DNA of 64,000 nucleotides from an uncultured cyanobacterium (GCA_963793265.1 CAWBZI010000002.1:288001-352000); one strand, 5' to 3'. Shown: positions 19,872 through 30,529, counted from the stretch's first letter. Notes: generated from the letters alone by a model not told the origin. Made by a program: numbers and translations.

Positions 19872-21581
19872 ATGTCACAACCGAGTATCACTATATTTAC
19901 TCAGCCTAATTGCCCTTACTGTGCAAGTTCTAAGCTGCTGCTAAGCAAGAATGGCTATGCCTACATCGAACACAACGTAAACGCTTCAAAGCGTGCGGCA
20001 GCAGCAAGTATCTACTTTTCGGGAAGTACGTCTGTGCCGCAAGTGTTTTTAGGAAGCTATGCTCTTGGCAACTGGGAGACGCTAGAAAAGCTAATAAATA
20101 CCGGCTATCTTGAGGTGCTCGTCACTATGTTCGATCTAGATTCCGTTTGTTCTACCTTGAATTTTGATGGCCTCTCGGATGCCAAGCTGTTTGAGGGCGC
20201 TAAAGATATTTCAATGGCCAGTGCGATTCTAGAAAGTGACTTTACCTATGAACCCGATGAAGATCTCGAAGAACGAGCGCTTTTACACTTTTACAAAGAT
20301 CTCATAGGCTTTTTACCCACTTCGCAGCTCTATTTCTATCACTGGCAACGGGCCTATAAGCTGGTTAATCTGTTGCAGTTTGTGCCATCGGCATCTTTCA
20401 ATATAGCAACCTACGGCCCTGCCATGATGAACGCTGTTGCCTATACGGCTTCAAGTACTCACGGGCAATCGCCACGTAAAGCTCATGCTGCGGCAATAGA
20501 GAATGAAAGCGCTCTGAAGATAATTGAAGCTTTACAGAAAGCTCGAAAGCAACCGGCAGCAGACAATCCCTTTGGCCCTTACGAGCTGGCGCTAGCTGAC
20601 TTGGCAGGCCGAGCGGCCCTTAATAATGTATCAACCCATTTCTTATCTTACCTAGAAGCGCTAGCACCGCAAGCTCGAAATCAGCTAGAGGGAATGGATA
20701 GCGATAGGCCGAGAGATGCAAAGGCCGATATTGATGCTGTTGCTACAATGTCTGCTACGTTTGGCTTTCTTAATGTCTTTAACGATCTGCTCGGACAAAC
20801 GGGAGAAGGGAGCCGCGCCTTTCAAACGGATACACGCTTGGGCATGAAGGCTAGAAGGCGTGCTGCTTCAAAAAACAACAAAGCCAGCGCTAGTGCCAAA
20901 CTTGACTATCCGCTACCTATCGCGCCACCTTACAAGCTCATCGCAGCACAATACGCCTCAGATATAGGTGATATCGATAAATTCATTAAGAGAGAACTTG
21001 GGTTATTCCCGAACTGGATGCTTGCTTGGCCGCAAGGGTCTGCGCCTGCTTTACAGGCTTATCTCTACACCGAATTAATGGGCAACCGTTTGAACGAGCG
21101 GATTACCCCAGAGCTTCGCCACCTGATGGCTCGGGTCAGCGCGATCGCTAAAGGGCATAGCTATCTAGCGGCACTTGAAGGCTTTTTGGCATACCGATTC
21201 TCAGGGTCTTCTGGCTTCGGTCAGTGCGCGATCACGCGAATTCGCAGCTGCTTTAAAGTCGCAACGAGCTGGACAGACAGTGAGAATGTTTTTTCATATG
21301 AAGAGATCGCCGCGCTAAGACTTGCCTGGATTTCAGCACAGGTGCCACTGGCTACGCCAAAACGATTTGTTCAAGCGGCGCTCGATGCGTTTGATTCTGT
21401 TGAGCTGATCCATCTTATTACAACCTGTGCGATCGCCTCAATGGTTCAGCGCTTTGTTGCGATCGCTAGGCCAGAAATGGAGCCTCAGGTCATTGCCTTT
21501 ATCGCAGAGCACAACATTGAATATAAAACGCTGGTGCTTCGCTATCCCATTACTACATCTAATGTAGCCAAAGCTGCTTAA
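19872..21581 (+). CDS. Glutaredoxin + tandem AhpD/CMD-like fusion protein, AhpD cysteines absent
   Basis: Grx CPYC and SVPQVF; aligns over its length with 21665-23281; HGQSPRKAH where the paralog has HGCSYCQVH; RBS AAGGAGG. Confidence 0.8.
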   Translation: MSQPSITIFTQPNCPYCASSKLLLSKNGYAYIEHNVNASKRAAAASIYFSGSTSVPQVFLGSYALGNWETLEKLINTGYLEVLVTMFDLDSVCSTLNFDGLSDAKLFEGAKDISMASAILESDFTYEPDEDLEERALLHFYKDLIGFLPTSQLYFYHWQRAYKLVNLLQFVPSASFNIATYGPAMMNAVAYTASSTHGQSPRKAHAAAIENESALKIIEALQKARKQPAADNPFGPYELALADLAGRAALNNVSTHFLSYLEALAPQARNQLEGMDSDRPRDAKADIDAVATMSATFGFLNVFNDLLGQTGEGSRAFQTDTRLGMKARRRAASKNNKASASAKLDYPLPIAPPYKLIAAQYASDIGDIDKFIKRELGLFPNWMLAWPQGSAPALQAYLYTELMGNRLNERITPELRHLMARVSAIAKGHSYLAALEGFLAYRFSGSSGFGQCAITRIRSCFKVATSWTDSENVFSYEEIAALRLAWISAQVPLATPKRFVQAALDAFDSVELIHLITTCAIASMVQRFVAIARPEMEPQVIAFIAEHNIEYKTLVLRYPITTSNVAKAA

Positions 21582-21664
21582 GTAAGCTATCGCGCACGCT
21601 ATCTGTTTCAGGATTCTCAAAGATTTTGTTCATCTATAAACTCCATCTATAAACTCTAAGTCTC

Positions 21665-23281
21665 ATGACACAACCTCAGATCGCAATATTCACCAAACCA
21701 AGCTGCCCGTACTGCGAGAAAGCTAAACATGTTTTACGAAGCTACAACTATACAGAGTACGACATTACCTACCTGCGTAATGCTGAGGCAACCCTATACT
21801 TCAGTGGCGTTGCTACAGTGCCACAGATCTTCATCGGCAGCTATCATATCAACGGGGCAGATGATCTCGAACGGCTAGAGATGTCAGGAAAACTGTTAGA
21901 GATCATTAGCGCTGTCCAGAGCCCGCCGCTTCTTATTGATGCTGTCTCTGACCAGACGCTGAAGGAAGGTGCAGAAGATCGGATTTTGAGAACTGTTATC
22001 ACCAAGCTAGACGGCTCGCGTAGTGACGACCCAGAGATCTGGCCGCTTTTGCACTTTAGCAAAGATTTCTTTGGCTTTTGGCCAAACACTTACGACTATC
22101 TCTATTATTGGCCAGAGCTATTTAAGCTCTTCGCCTATTGCCACTACATTCCTGCGATTGACTGCGCTAAACAAAGCCTTGGCGTGCTCAATATGCTGGC
22201 TGTGGGCTATGCAACCTCTAAAGCGCACGGCTGCTCTTATTGTCAGGTGCATAGCGTAGCTGCAGAGGGAGATAGCTCTCTTCAGGTCGAACAGAAGCTG
22301 GCGCAAGTGAAGGAAGGCAATATAGATGATGGAAATCCCTACGATGAGCTATCAGTCGTCATCACCGATTTTGCAGCTAAAGCAACGCACAATCAGGTGA
22401 ACAAAGATTTTCTCAACTATACTGTTAACCGGCTCAAAGAGTTCGCAACAGCTTCAACAACCGTATATGACTACGTTGAAGCCGTCGAAATGATGGTTGC
22501 CAATCTTGGCTTTCTTAATGTCTTCAACGATCTTATCGGAACTGAGATAGAAGGAGACTGGGCCAAGCAAGCTGAAGAACACAGCGGTATTGAGTCAGGT
22601 CGTCACGTAGCAGCGCAAAAAAATCCGTCGAACTTAGACTACGCACTGCCGACGGGTGGGCCATCTATGCTAGAAATAATGGCAAAGTATGATAGATCCA
22701 TTGAGGATTTGATGGCTTATACAGAAGTTAACTTTGGGCTGATGCCTGACTGGATAAGACTTTGGCCTACTGCTCTGCAAAAAAGGCAGGCCTATTGGTA
22801 TGGAGAAGTGATGGGCAGCGGCGATCGCACGTCGGTATCAGCAGAGCTAAAACACCTTATGGCTAGAGTCTCAGCGATCGCAAAAGGCCATGCCTATCTA
22901 TCAGCGGTTGAGGGCTTTATGGCCCATCATACAGGCGCTGGTAACCCCCACGTTGTTGATAGAATTCGGCACTGCTTCGCGGTTGCAAGCGGAAAGAGAT
23001 CTGCTCAAAACTTATTTACCGCTCGTGAGGAAGCTGCCTTAAGATTCGCCTGGCTCTCTGCTCAAGTGCCGCTAAAGACACCTAACAAGTTTGTTCAACC
23101 GGCTATATCGCTGTATACAGCCAAGGAATTGGTTTATTTGAGTATTGTTTGCGCGATCGCCTCTTCGCTACAGCGATTTGCGGCCATTACAAAACCTGAA
23201 GTAGAGCCAGAGGTTTCTCAGTTCTTAGAAGAGCACCAGCTTATTACTGATACGCTACTGCTGCGTTATCCAGAGCTTTGA
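21665..23281 (+). CDS. Glutaredoxin + tandem AhpD/CMD-like fusion protein, CxxC intact
   Basis: Grx CPYC and TVPQIFIG; first AhpD-like unit FGFWPN...SKAHGCSYCQVH; second unit FGLMP...ELKHLMARVSAIAKGHAY...FTAREEAALRFA. Confidence 0.82.
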   Translation: MTQPQIAIFTKPSCPYCEKAKHVLRSYNYTEYDITYLRNAEATLYFSGVATVPQIFIGSYHINGADDLERLEMSGKLLEIISAVQSPPLLIDAVSDQTLKEGAEDRILRTVITKLDGSRSDDPEIWPLLHFSKDFFGFWPNTYDYLYYWPELFKLFAYCHYIPAIDCAKQSLGVLNMLAVGYATSKAHGCSYCQVHSVAAEGDSSLQVEQKLAQVKEGNIDDGNPYDELSVVITDFAAKATHNQVNKDFLNYTVNRLKEFATASTTVYDYVEAVEMMVANLGFLNVFNDLIGTEIEGDWAKQAEEHSGIESGRHVAAQKNPSNLDYALPTGGPSMLEIMAKYDRSIEDLMAYTEVNFGLMPDWIRLWPTALQKRQAYWYGEVMGSGDRTSVSAELKHLMARVSAIAKGHAYLSAVEGFMAHHTGAGNPHVVDRIRHCFAVASGKRSAQNLFTAREEAALRFAWLSAQVPLKTPNKFVQPAISLYTAKELVYLSIVCAIASSLQRFAAITKPEVEPEVSQFLEEHQLITDTLLLRYPEL

Positions 23282-23318
23282 CAAAGATTAGCGCTTTAAG
23301 AGAGATTCCATCGCGCCG

Positions 23319-23359
23319 ATATCAAATCAGCAATATCAAATCAGTAATATCGAATCAGT
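23319..23359. repeat. 14-bp tandem repeat, about 3 copies
   Basis: ATATCAAATCAGCA ATATCAAATCAGTA ATATCGAATCAGT. Confidence 0.75.
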
Positions 23360-23392
23360 CAGGTGCTTCTTCACCAATTTATACAGCAGCAG

Positions 23393-25084
23393 ATGTCAGT
23401 CACTAAACCCTCAGGCAACAGTCTACAAGTTGAGTCAACAAGAGCCTCTGATATAGCGTTAGTGAGAAGCTCTGCTAAAACAGTCATAGCAGAGCTTTTT
23501 CCCATTGTTGGAATAGCGACACTGCTGCGCTTTTGGAAGTTAGAGGCTAAGCCCCTCTGGGGTGACGAACTCCATACTGCTTTTTACAGTCTGGGCAAAA
23601 ATCTATCGGAGATACCGGTAGATGTGCTCTCACCTGTGAGCAGATATTGGACATTACTGGATTATCCATTCGATAGCACCGTTTGGCAGGCCGCCTATAC
23701 CGTGACGACGTATAGCAATCATCCTCCGCTCTTTTTTATGCTGATGAACCAGTGGCTCAGATGGTGCGGCAGTTCTATCTGGAGCTTAAGAGCGCTCCCT
23801 GTTTTCTTTGGCATACTGTCTGTTGTGGGCAGCTATTGTTTAGGGTGTATTGCGGGTGGAAACAAGGTTGGCCGCTACACAGCTTTACTCATGGCCGTCT
23901 CACCCTATAGCCTCTATCTATCGCAAGAGGCGCGGCACTATAGCTTAGCAGTTGCGATCGCAACGTTCTCTCTCACCCTCTGGCTATCGCTACTCAAAGA
24001 CAATCAGCAAAAACAAGCAAAGGCTCACTGGGCCGCATGGATATTACTCAACAGCTTTGGCTTTTGGGTTCACTATTTTTATAGTTTCTGTATTGCTGCT
24101 CAGTGGGGCGTTGTTTTAGCTCGCCTATGGCAGCAGCGTTCAAATGCTAATAGCAAGGTGCTGGCAAGAAGATGGCGATGGGCGATGGGCTTTACCTTGT
24201 TGTTGTGCTCACCTCTGTTAGCAACAGCGCTCACACATTTTCAGGGCGAAGGCGGTATTAGCTGGCTCAGCCGTTCCTTGCCTTGGTGGCAAACGATTTT
24301 ACTCCCGTGGGTTCAGTCTATAGCAGCGGGTGTTTTTACGCTGATTCTGTTGCCTGTAGAAGAGAGCCCCCTTTGGATTACTGTCCCCTCTGCAATCGTA
24401 ATGTGGGGCGTGTTTTGGCTGATTATTCAGCAGGGAGTTGTAGGCTGGAAGTCAGCGTCACTCTCTTTAAGAAGTCAGCCGCTAGTCGGCTATAGTCTTG
24501 GCGTGTTCGCTCTTATGCTGAGCGTCACCTATGGACTAGGAAAAGACGTAACCCTAGCGCCACGCTACTTTTTTGCGGTATATCCGGCGGTAACAGCGAT
24601 TATTGCCGTTGGACTGGCTCGCCGCCATCAGCGGATTCTAGGACTGGCAATCGCTGCCGGACTGCTCAGTCAAGTTTTCATCGCTCACGACTTAGCGCTG
24701 TTTAAGCCTTATCTTCCAGGGCAAATAGGAATGCACCTAGCGGCAAACCATCAGCCTACTGTTGTACTCATGAGCCCCCAGCCACCTCATTACGATTCTC
24801 GCGTCCTTAGCTACATCCTCGCGATTCCTCCCGATAGCGATACTTTAGTCGGCATCGTCGAGCCTACTTCCTCAGAGGACTGGGTGCTCAATCTATCAGG
24901 TGTAGAAACCTTCGCTGATGATTCCTTTACCCTTTGGCTCGTTGAAGTGCATCGGCAAGTTCCCTTCGCCCCAGAGGTAACGCTGCCCCGACACAGCTGC
25001 ACACGGCAAGGCGAAGCGTTAACAACCAAAGGCACTCAGCAGCAAAAGTACCAGTGCGATGCTCTGCCCACTAAGAGAGTCTAG
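23393..25084 (+). CDS. GT-C fold membrane glycosyltransferase (GT39/PMT/ArnT-like)
   Basis: LRFWKL...LWGDE, NHPPLFF, SQEARHYSL, HYF, many TM segments; start position uncertain. Confidence 0.85.
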   Translation: MSVTKPSGNSLQVESTRASDIALVRSSAKTVIAELFPIVGIATLLRFWKLEAKPLWGDELHTAFYSLGKNLSEIPVDVLSPVSRYWTLLDYPFDSTVWQAAYTVTTYSNHPPLFFMLMNQWLRWCGSSIWSLRALPVFFGILSVVGSYCLGCIAGGNKVGRYTALLMAVSPYSLYLSQEARHYSLAVAIATFSLTLWLSLLKDNQQKQAKAHWAAWILLNSFGFWVHYFYSFCIAAQWGVVLARLWQQRSNANSKVLARRWRWAMGFTLLLCSPLLATALTHFQGEGGISWLSRSLPWWQTILLPWVQSIAAGVFTLILLPVEESPLWITVPSAIVMWGVFWLIIQQGVVGWKSASLSLRSQPLVGYSLGVFALMLSVTYGLGKDVTLAPRYFFAVYPAVTAIIAVGLARRHQRILGLAIAAGLLSQVFIAHDLALFKPYLPGQIGMHLAANHQPTVVLMSPQPPHYDSRVLSYILAIPPDSDTLVGIVEPTSSEDWVLNLSGVETFADDSFTLWLVEVHRQVPFAPEVTLPRHSCTRQGEALTTKGTQQQKYQCDALPTKRV

Positions 25085-25296
25085 TCAGGCTAAACTCATT
25101 CCCAGCGAACTTCCCACAGCGCACCCATAGCGCACCCATAACACAAAGGTGTTCTTGTATACTGATCTATGCAAGCGACGCGATGTCAACCTCGCTATTG
25201 GGCATCGGGCCTCACTGTCGGGACAATCCGATAGGGTGCCTGCGCTCTGAGCAGTATCTTGCTTACGTTTGTTTAAATTACTTATATATGCCCGTG

Positions 25297-25983
25297 ATGA
25301 AATCAAATTCTCTTCAGTCCAACGGCAGCCAGCGCGGTGAAGAAGCTCGTCGTAGCTTAATAGAAGCGGGCATTGAAGCTTTTGGCACGCACGGGTATGA
25401 AGCTGCAAGCACTCGTAGCATCGTCGAAAAAGCAGGCGTGAACCTGGGCGCTATTCCCTATTACTTTAAAAATAAGGAAGGGCTTTATCACGCAGTTGCC
25501 GAGCACATTGCCTTTTATCTTGACGATCCAGAAATAAACGATGCGATCGCACACATTGATCATCAAACAAAAAGCTCATCGCTGTCGAAAGAGCAAGCCT
25601 TAGAACTTATACACAAGCTCTTTGATGCTTTCGTAACGACGCTCATATCCTCCAACAAGCCCGATCTGTGGATACGGTTCATCTTCCGCGAGCTGATGGA
25701 GCCCTCCTCTGTCTTCGAAATCCTCAACAAAAGAGTAGTCAAAAAGACAATCGATCCCTGCACTGCTTTGATTAGCAAGATATTAGACAAGCCGATTGAC
25801 GATCCAGAATGTACCATTCGAGCCTTTTCACTATTTGGCCAGGTGCTAATTTTTCGTTCAATACGACAGGTCACTTTGAAAAGCCTGGGCTGGGACTCTT
25901 TAGAAGGCGATCGCCTCGATCTAGTTCGCAGCGTCATTCATCAGCAGGTTGACGGTGCCCTACGCGCTCAAGTTAAAGGCTAG
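25297..25983 (+). CDS. TetR family regulator, CecR/YbiH-like
   Basis: RGEEARRSLIEAGIEAFGTHGYEAASTR...NLGAIPYYFKNKEGLY; RELMEPS; FGQVLIFR. Start moved to ATG 25297. Confidence 0.88.
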   Translation: MKSNSLQSNGSQRGEEARRSLIEAGIEAFGTHGYEAASTRSIVEKAGVNLGAIPYYFKNKEGLYHAVAEHIAFYLDDPEINDAIAHIDHQTKSSSLSKEQALELIHKLFDAFVTTLISSNKPDLWIRFIFRELMEPSSVFEILNKRVVKKTIDPCTALISKILDKPIDDPECTIRAFSLFGQVLIFRSIRQVTLKSLGWDSLEGDRLDLVRSVIHQQVDGALRAQVKG

Positions 25984-26208
25984 AGAGTAGGCTTCTGTCA
26001 GCCGCTGACAATAGATCTTGCAAATATACGACTCAAGACAGATTTGTTGACATTTTGAAGAACTCTTTGTCAAATTCAATCTTCCTGGCAGCTCATTTTG
26101 AACAGGCTCTGTATGATGTTTCAGAGCCCAATGCAGCCATAAATGCTGCTAGGCATGAACGAACGATGGCATACTAGAGAGCGATCGCACCTGTCAGGTT
26201 ACTTCATC

Positions 26209-27378
26209 ATGCCGCTCAACCGTCGTCGCTTTGTTCTCTTAAGTGGATTAGCCATCGGAGCTGCGAGCACAACCGCCTTATCCTGCACTCAGTCTGGATC
26301 TAAAGCCACTGCTCAAACCTCTGCTCAACCGTCAGATTCGGCCTTAGATCCAGCACCCGATCAAGCTCTCAATACTGCACCTGCCCCGGCTGGCCTTTTT
26401 GCCCCTCAGCGTGGCGATATTCGGCTAGCTATCATTAGCGATCTCAACAGCGCCTACGGCTCCACCGACTATCGCCCTGAGGTGATCAAAGGCATTGGCC
26501 TTCTCCCCGACTGGCAGCCTGATATGGTGCTTTGCGGCGGTGACATGGTAGCAGGCCAAAAGCTTACGCTTTCAGAAGGCGAAATCGAAGCCATGTGGTC
26601 TGCTTTCGATGAAAAAATTCTCTCCCCTATTCGCTCAGCAGGGCTACCTTTCGCCCTCACAATAGGCAACCACGACGCCTCTAGCTTTCAACAAAATGGC
26701 GAGTTCGTTTACGTTTTAGACCGGCAAGAATCTTCTCAATATTGGGAAGGTCATCAAACCGATACTGACCTCAACTTTGTTGATGCCAGCGGATTTCCCT
26801 TTTACTATAGCTTCACTCACCGCGATATCTTCTATCTCACCTGGGACGCTTCTTCTGCTGATGTTCCACCTGAGCAAGTTGCTTGGGCCGATCGCGCCTT
26901 AGCTAGCCCAGAAGCACAGCAGGCAAAGCTGCGAATAGTAATGGGCCATTTGCCTTTGTATGCGGTTTCTCAAAGACGCGATCGCCCCGGTGAATATCTC
27001 AATCAGGCCGATGAGCTTCGCCAGCTTCTCGAACGTCACAACGTTCACACCTATATTAGCGGCCACCATCACGCCTATTTTCCAGGCAAAGCAGGTAACC
27101 TCAACATGCTTCATGCAGGCGCACTCGGCAGTGGCCCAAAATCTCTTTTAGCTACTAACACTGCGCCTTTTCAAACGCTTACTATCATGGATATGTTTTT
27201 AGACACCGCCAGTACTGCCTACACTACCTACAACATGAATACGATGGAAGTTGTTGATCCGCAAGCGCTGCCCCGGCAAATTGTTGGCCCGAATGGCCGA
27301 GAGCTTCGTCAAGACGTTGCAATGAGCGATTTAACGCAGGCTGAGAAATCACAGCCATATGTGCCCAGCGATACGTAA
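26209..27378 (+). CDS. Tat-exported calcineurin-like metallophosphoesterase, possible lipoprotein
   Basis: Twin-arginine signal NRRRFVLL with ALSC; motifs SDLN, GGDMV, GNHD, GHLP, SGHHH. Confidence 0.9.
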   Translation: MPLNRRRFVLLSGLAIGAASTTALSCTQSGSKATAQTSAQPSDSALDPAPDQALNTAPAPAGLFAPQRGDIRLAIISDLNSAYGSTDYRPEVIKGIGLLPDWQPDMVLCGGDMVAGQKLTLSEGEIEAMWSAFDEKILSPIRSAGLPFALTIGNHDASSFQQNGEFVYVLDRQESSQYWEGHQTDTDLNFVDASGFPFYYSFTHRDIFYLTWDASSADVPPEQVAWADRALASPEAQQAKLRIVMGHLPLYAVSQRRDRPGEYLNQADELRQLLERHNVHTYISGHHHAYFPGKAGNLNMLHAGALGSGPKSLLATNTAPFQTLTIMDMFLDTASTAYTTYNMNTMEVVDPQALPRQIVGPNGRELRQDVAMSDLTQAEKSQPYVPSDT

Positions 27379-27879
27379 CGCACAGCAAGCCCTCATCGAC
27401 GTAGCCACAGCTGGTCTGCTTTATGCAGAACAATTTATGCTGTGACTTTTCATGATACGTTTTCAAGCAAACCATCACAGCCGTACCGTGAGCTTTGCGT
27501 AGCCACATATCAAATAGAATTGATTAGACAAAATTAGTTCCCAAAGAGCCGAAGAATTTGGGGAAATAGCTGCTAAATCAGTATTTTTAAGCCAAAAGGC
27601 TTAACTTTTTCGCTTGCAAAGACGCGTTGCTGAAAAGTCTTGTAGACTCTTGGAGAGTACTTTTTAAGACACGGCAACGCCCGTGAAATTAACTAAGCAC
27701 TCAAGGCAATTTTGTGTTTATTGCTACCGCATCAAATTAAGTAAGTTGATACTTCTTAAACACACTCAACTCCTGATAAATCTCGCTACAAAAGTTTGAG
27801 CTGTTGTTCGCTCAAACCTATCTAAAAAATCTCTCCTTAGAGTTCTTTTTAGCTCGATTGGCAGATCCATAGAGGCCCT

Positions 27880-29121
27880 ATGAGGCAACTTTCACTGACT
27901 ATTTTCTATCAGTTCGATCCCTGGCATTCTTCAATAGGCGGCGTTCAAACCGTAATCCGAAACTTCATCAAATTTGCACCCCCTGAGTTTATTGTGCGGC
28001 TAGTAGGTATAGAGGCTACGCCTGATGGCGAGGTGGGTAAGTGGCAGCGGCGCAAGCTGGCTGGGCGTGCGGTTAGTTTTTTCCCTCTGTTTCGCCTGAT
28101 CGAAGACGACTCTAGAAGGCGGATACCCACGTCGCTACGCTATGCTCTAAGCCTGCGAGGCAAAAACTTTGCCTCCGACTTTATGCACTTTCATCGCTTA
28201 GAACCTAGCCTTTTTACAGGCCACTGGTCGGGGCAAAAAACGCTGTTTGTGCATAACGATATTCATCAGCAGATGAGATCGAGCGACGTTAAAGGCATCT
28301 TATGGCGGCGGTTTCCGCAGCTTTACTTTTCACTAGAGCGGCGGCTGATGCCCCAGTTTACGCGGGTGCTTTCGTGCAATTCTGAGTCTACAGCGCTCTA
28401 CCGGCAACAGTATCCGCAGCTTGCCAAACGAATTTCTTTTGTTCGTAACTGCTTTGACGGAGATGTTTTTTATCCACTGACGGCGCAGGCAAAAGAGCAG
28501 CAGCGGCAACAGCTAGCTGCTCAAATGGGACTCAACGAAAACACCCGCTTTTTACTGTTTGCGGGAAGACTACATCCTCAAAAAGATCCCCTGCTCCTAC
28601 TGGAGGCTTTTTCGCACGTTTCTCAAGCGATCGCTGAGCAGCCAGTGCACTTGCTGATTGCTGGCAGCGGCGAACTGATGGCGGCGATGCGCAATAAGGC
28701 CGCGCAGCTAGATCTCTCTCGGCACGTTACGTTTCTAGGCTCGGTGCCGTATCAGCAGCTTGCTGATCTTCAGCGCTTAGCCAGTGTGTTTGTGCTAACG
28801 AGCGCCTACGAGGGCTTACCGCTAGTGGTGCTAGAGGCGCTAGCCTGTGGAACGCCTGTGGTGACTACTCAAGCCGGAGAGACACCCCGCTTGCTTGGGG
28901 CCCAAAGCGGTATTGTGTGTGACGAGCGATCGCCCCAGTCAATCGCCCAAGCTATACAAACTGTTCTACAAAACCCCAACCAGTTCACCGCTCAAGCCTG
29001 TATTCAAAACGCCGATCTCTATAGCGCTAAAACGGTTGTAGAAGAAGTATACGAAGACATGCGGCAGCAGCGTCAGCCCGCTGCGAACCCATCGCCAATG
29101 CTCGCAGGCGTTTACCGCTAA
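27880..29121 (+). CDS. Glycosyltransferase family 4
   Basis: FAGRLHPQKDP; SAYEGLPLVVLEALACGTPVV. Confidence 0.92.
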   Translation: MRQLSLTIFYQFDPWHSSIGGVQTVIRNFIKFAPPEFIVRLVGIEATPDGEVGKWQRRKLAGRAVSFFPLFRLIEDDSRRRIPTSLRYALSLRGKNFASDFMHFHRLEPSLFTGHWSGQKTLFVHNDIHQQMRSSDVKGILWRRFPQLYFSLERRLMPQFTRVLSCNSESTALYRQQYPQLAKRISFVRNCFDGDVFYPLTAQAKEQQRQQLAAQMGLNENTRFLLFAGRLHPQKDPLLLLEAFSHVSQAIAEQPVHLLIAGSGELMAAMRNKAAQLDLSRHVTFLGSVPYQQLADLQRLASVFVLTSAYEGLPLVVLEALACGTPVVTTQAGETPRLLGAQSGIVCDERSPQSIAQAIQTVLQNPNQFTAQACIQNADLYSAKTVVEEVYEDMRQQRQPAANPSPMLAGVYR

Positions 29122-29137
29122 GGAGTCCTTTTAAAAA

Positions 29138-30298
29138 ATGAAAATTGCCGTTGTTGGCTCCAAAGGGCTCCCGCCACGTCAGGGAGGAATAGAGCACCAC
29201 TGTGCAGAAATCTATTCTCGCATAGCCAGTAGAGGGCACGCCGTCGAGCTATTTGCGCGGTCTTCTTACCACCATCTAGCGTGGAACAAACGCTATACCT
29301 ACAAAGAGATTCGGGTAAATAACTTACCCTCTATTCCGCTAAGAGGCGTTGATGCTTTTGTAAATTCGGGTCTAGCCGCTACTCTCTCTAGTTTGCAACA
29401 GTTCGATATTATTCACTTCCACGCTTTAGGCCCGGCTATATTTAGCTGGATTCCTCGCTGGCTATCACCTAAAACGAAGGTGGTGGTGACCTGTCACGGG
29501 CTTGACTGGCAGCGAGCAAAGTGGGGCCGGTTTTCGACTAAGCTGCTCAAGCTAGGAGAGGAATTTGCGGTGCATAATGCTCACGGCATTGGGGTTGTTT
29601 CTGAAGACCTCCAGCGTTATTTTTTGGAGTACTATTGCTGCCAAACAACCTGTATCGGCAACGCACCGGCGGGCTATCAGCCTTCTGATCCTGCGTTTAA
29701 TTTTGTGCGATCGCAAGGTTTAGAAAAAGGCCGCTATATCCTATTTTTAGGTCGCCTTGTACCTGAAAAAAGGCCCGATTTACTGGTGAAAGCCTTTAAC
29801 AAGCTGCGTTCACAGCATTGGAAATTAGTGTTTGTCGGCGGCGCTAGCGATACCTCAACCTATCGTGAAAGTCTCAAAGATTTGGCGCACGCTAATTCTA
29901 ATATTCTCTTTAGCGGAGAGCTACAGGGAGAATTGCTTGCTGAAATGGTTAGAGGCGCAGGGCTATTTGTATTACCGTCTGAAATGGAGGGTCTGCCGTT
30001 GGCATTACTAGAAGCCATGCGTGAAGGGATTCCGGTGGTTACCAGCGACATTCCGGCGCACCGGCAGCTCTTAGGTGTCGATCGCGGGCTGTGGTTTGAA
30101 GAGGGAAATATCGACGCCTGCCGCGCTACGTTAGCTTGGGCTATGCAAAACCCTGACTTTATGAAACAAGCCGCTCAAAGAGCCCAATATTACGTTCAAA
30201 AAAACTATACCTGGGATGCAATCGCTGCCCACTGGCTCACCTTTTATGACGAGATACTGGGCATTCCCTCACCTATCAAAACGCCCGTGCCGTTCTAA
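29138..30298 (+). CDS. Glycosyltransferase family 4
   Basis: GLPPRQGGIE; LGRLVPEKRPD; EGLPLALLEAM. Confidence 0.92.
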   Translation: MKIAVVGSKGLPPRQGGIEHHCAEIYSRIASRGHAVELFARSSYHHLAWNKRYTYKEIRVNNLPSIPLRGVDAFVNSGLAATLSSLQQFDIIHFHALGPAIFSWIPRWLSPKTKVVVTCHGLDWQRAKWGRFSTKLLKLGEEFAVHNAHGIGVVSEDLQRYFLEYYCCQTTCIGNAPAGYQPSDPAFNFVRSQGLEKGRYILFLGRLVPEKRPDLLVKAFNKLRSQHWKLVFVGGASDTSTYRESLKDLAHANSNILFSGELQGELLAEMVRGAGLFVLPSEMEGLPLALLEAMREGIPVVTSDIPAHRQLLGVDRGLWFEEGNIDACRATLAWAMQNPDFMKQAAQRAQYYVQKNYTWDAIAAHWLTFYDEILGIPSPIKTPVPF

Positions 30299-30529
30299 AA
30301 AGGTAAACAATGCGCCCCTAATGACGTTTTTCAAAAGCTTTAGTTCCGCTTTTTCCAACAATCTTTTGCTCATCGTCTTTAGCGTTTTTTTGAGCGTTTT
30401 TATATATGATTGGAGCAATCGTCATCAGCATCTATCCACCCGTTCTACGCTATGCAGACATCTCTCGACCTTATGCATTTCAGGAAAATCCTGAAGTTCT
30501 TTTGGAGTTGACGCATCCAGCGAATATGA

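Noticed and set aside
30216..30494. 92-aa ORF between GT4 and wzc
   Set aside because: Overlaps the GT4 end, low complexity, no motifs.
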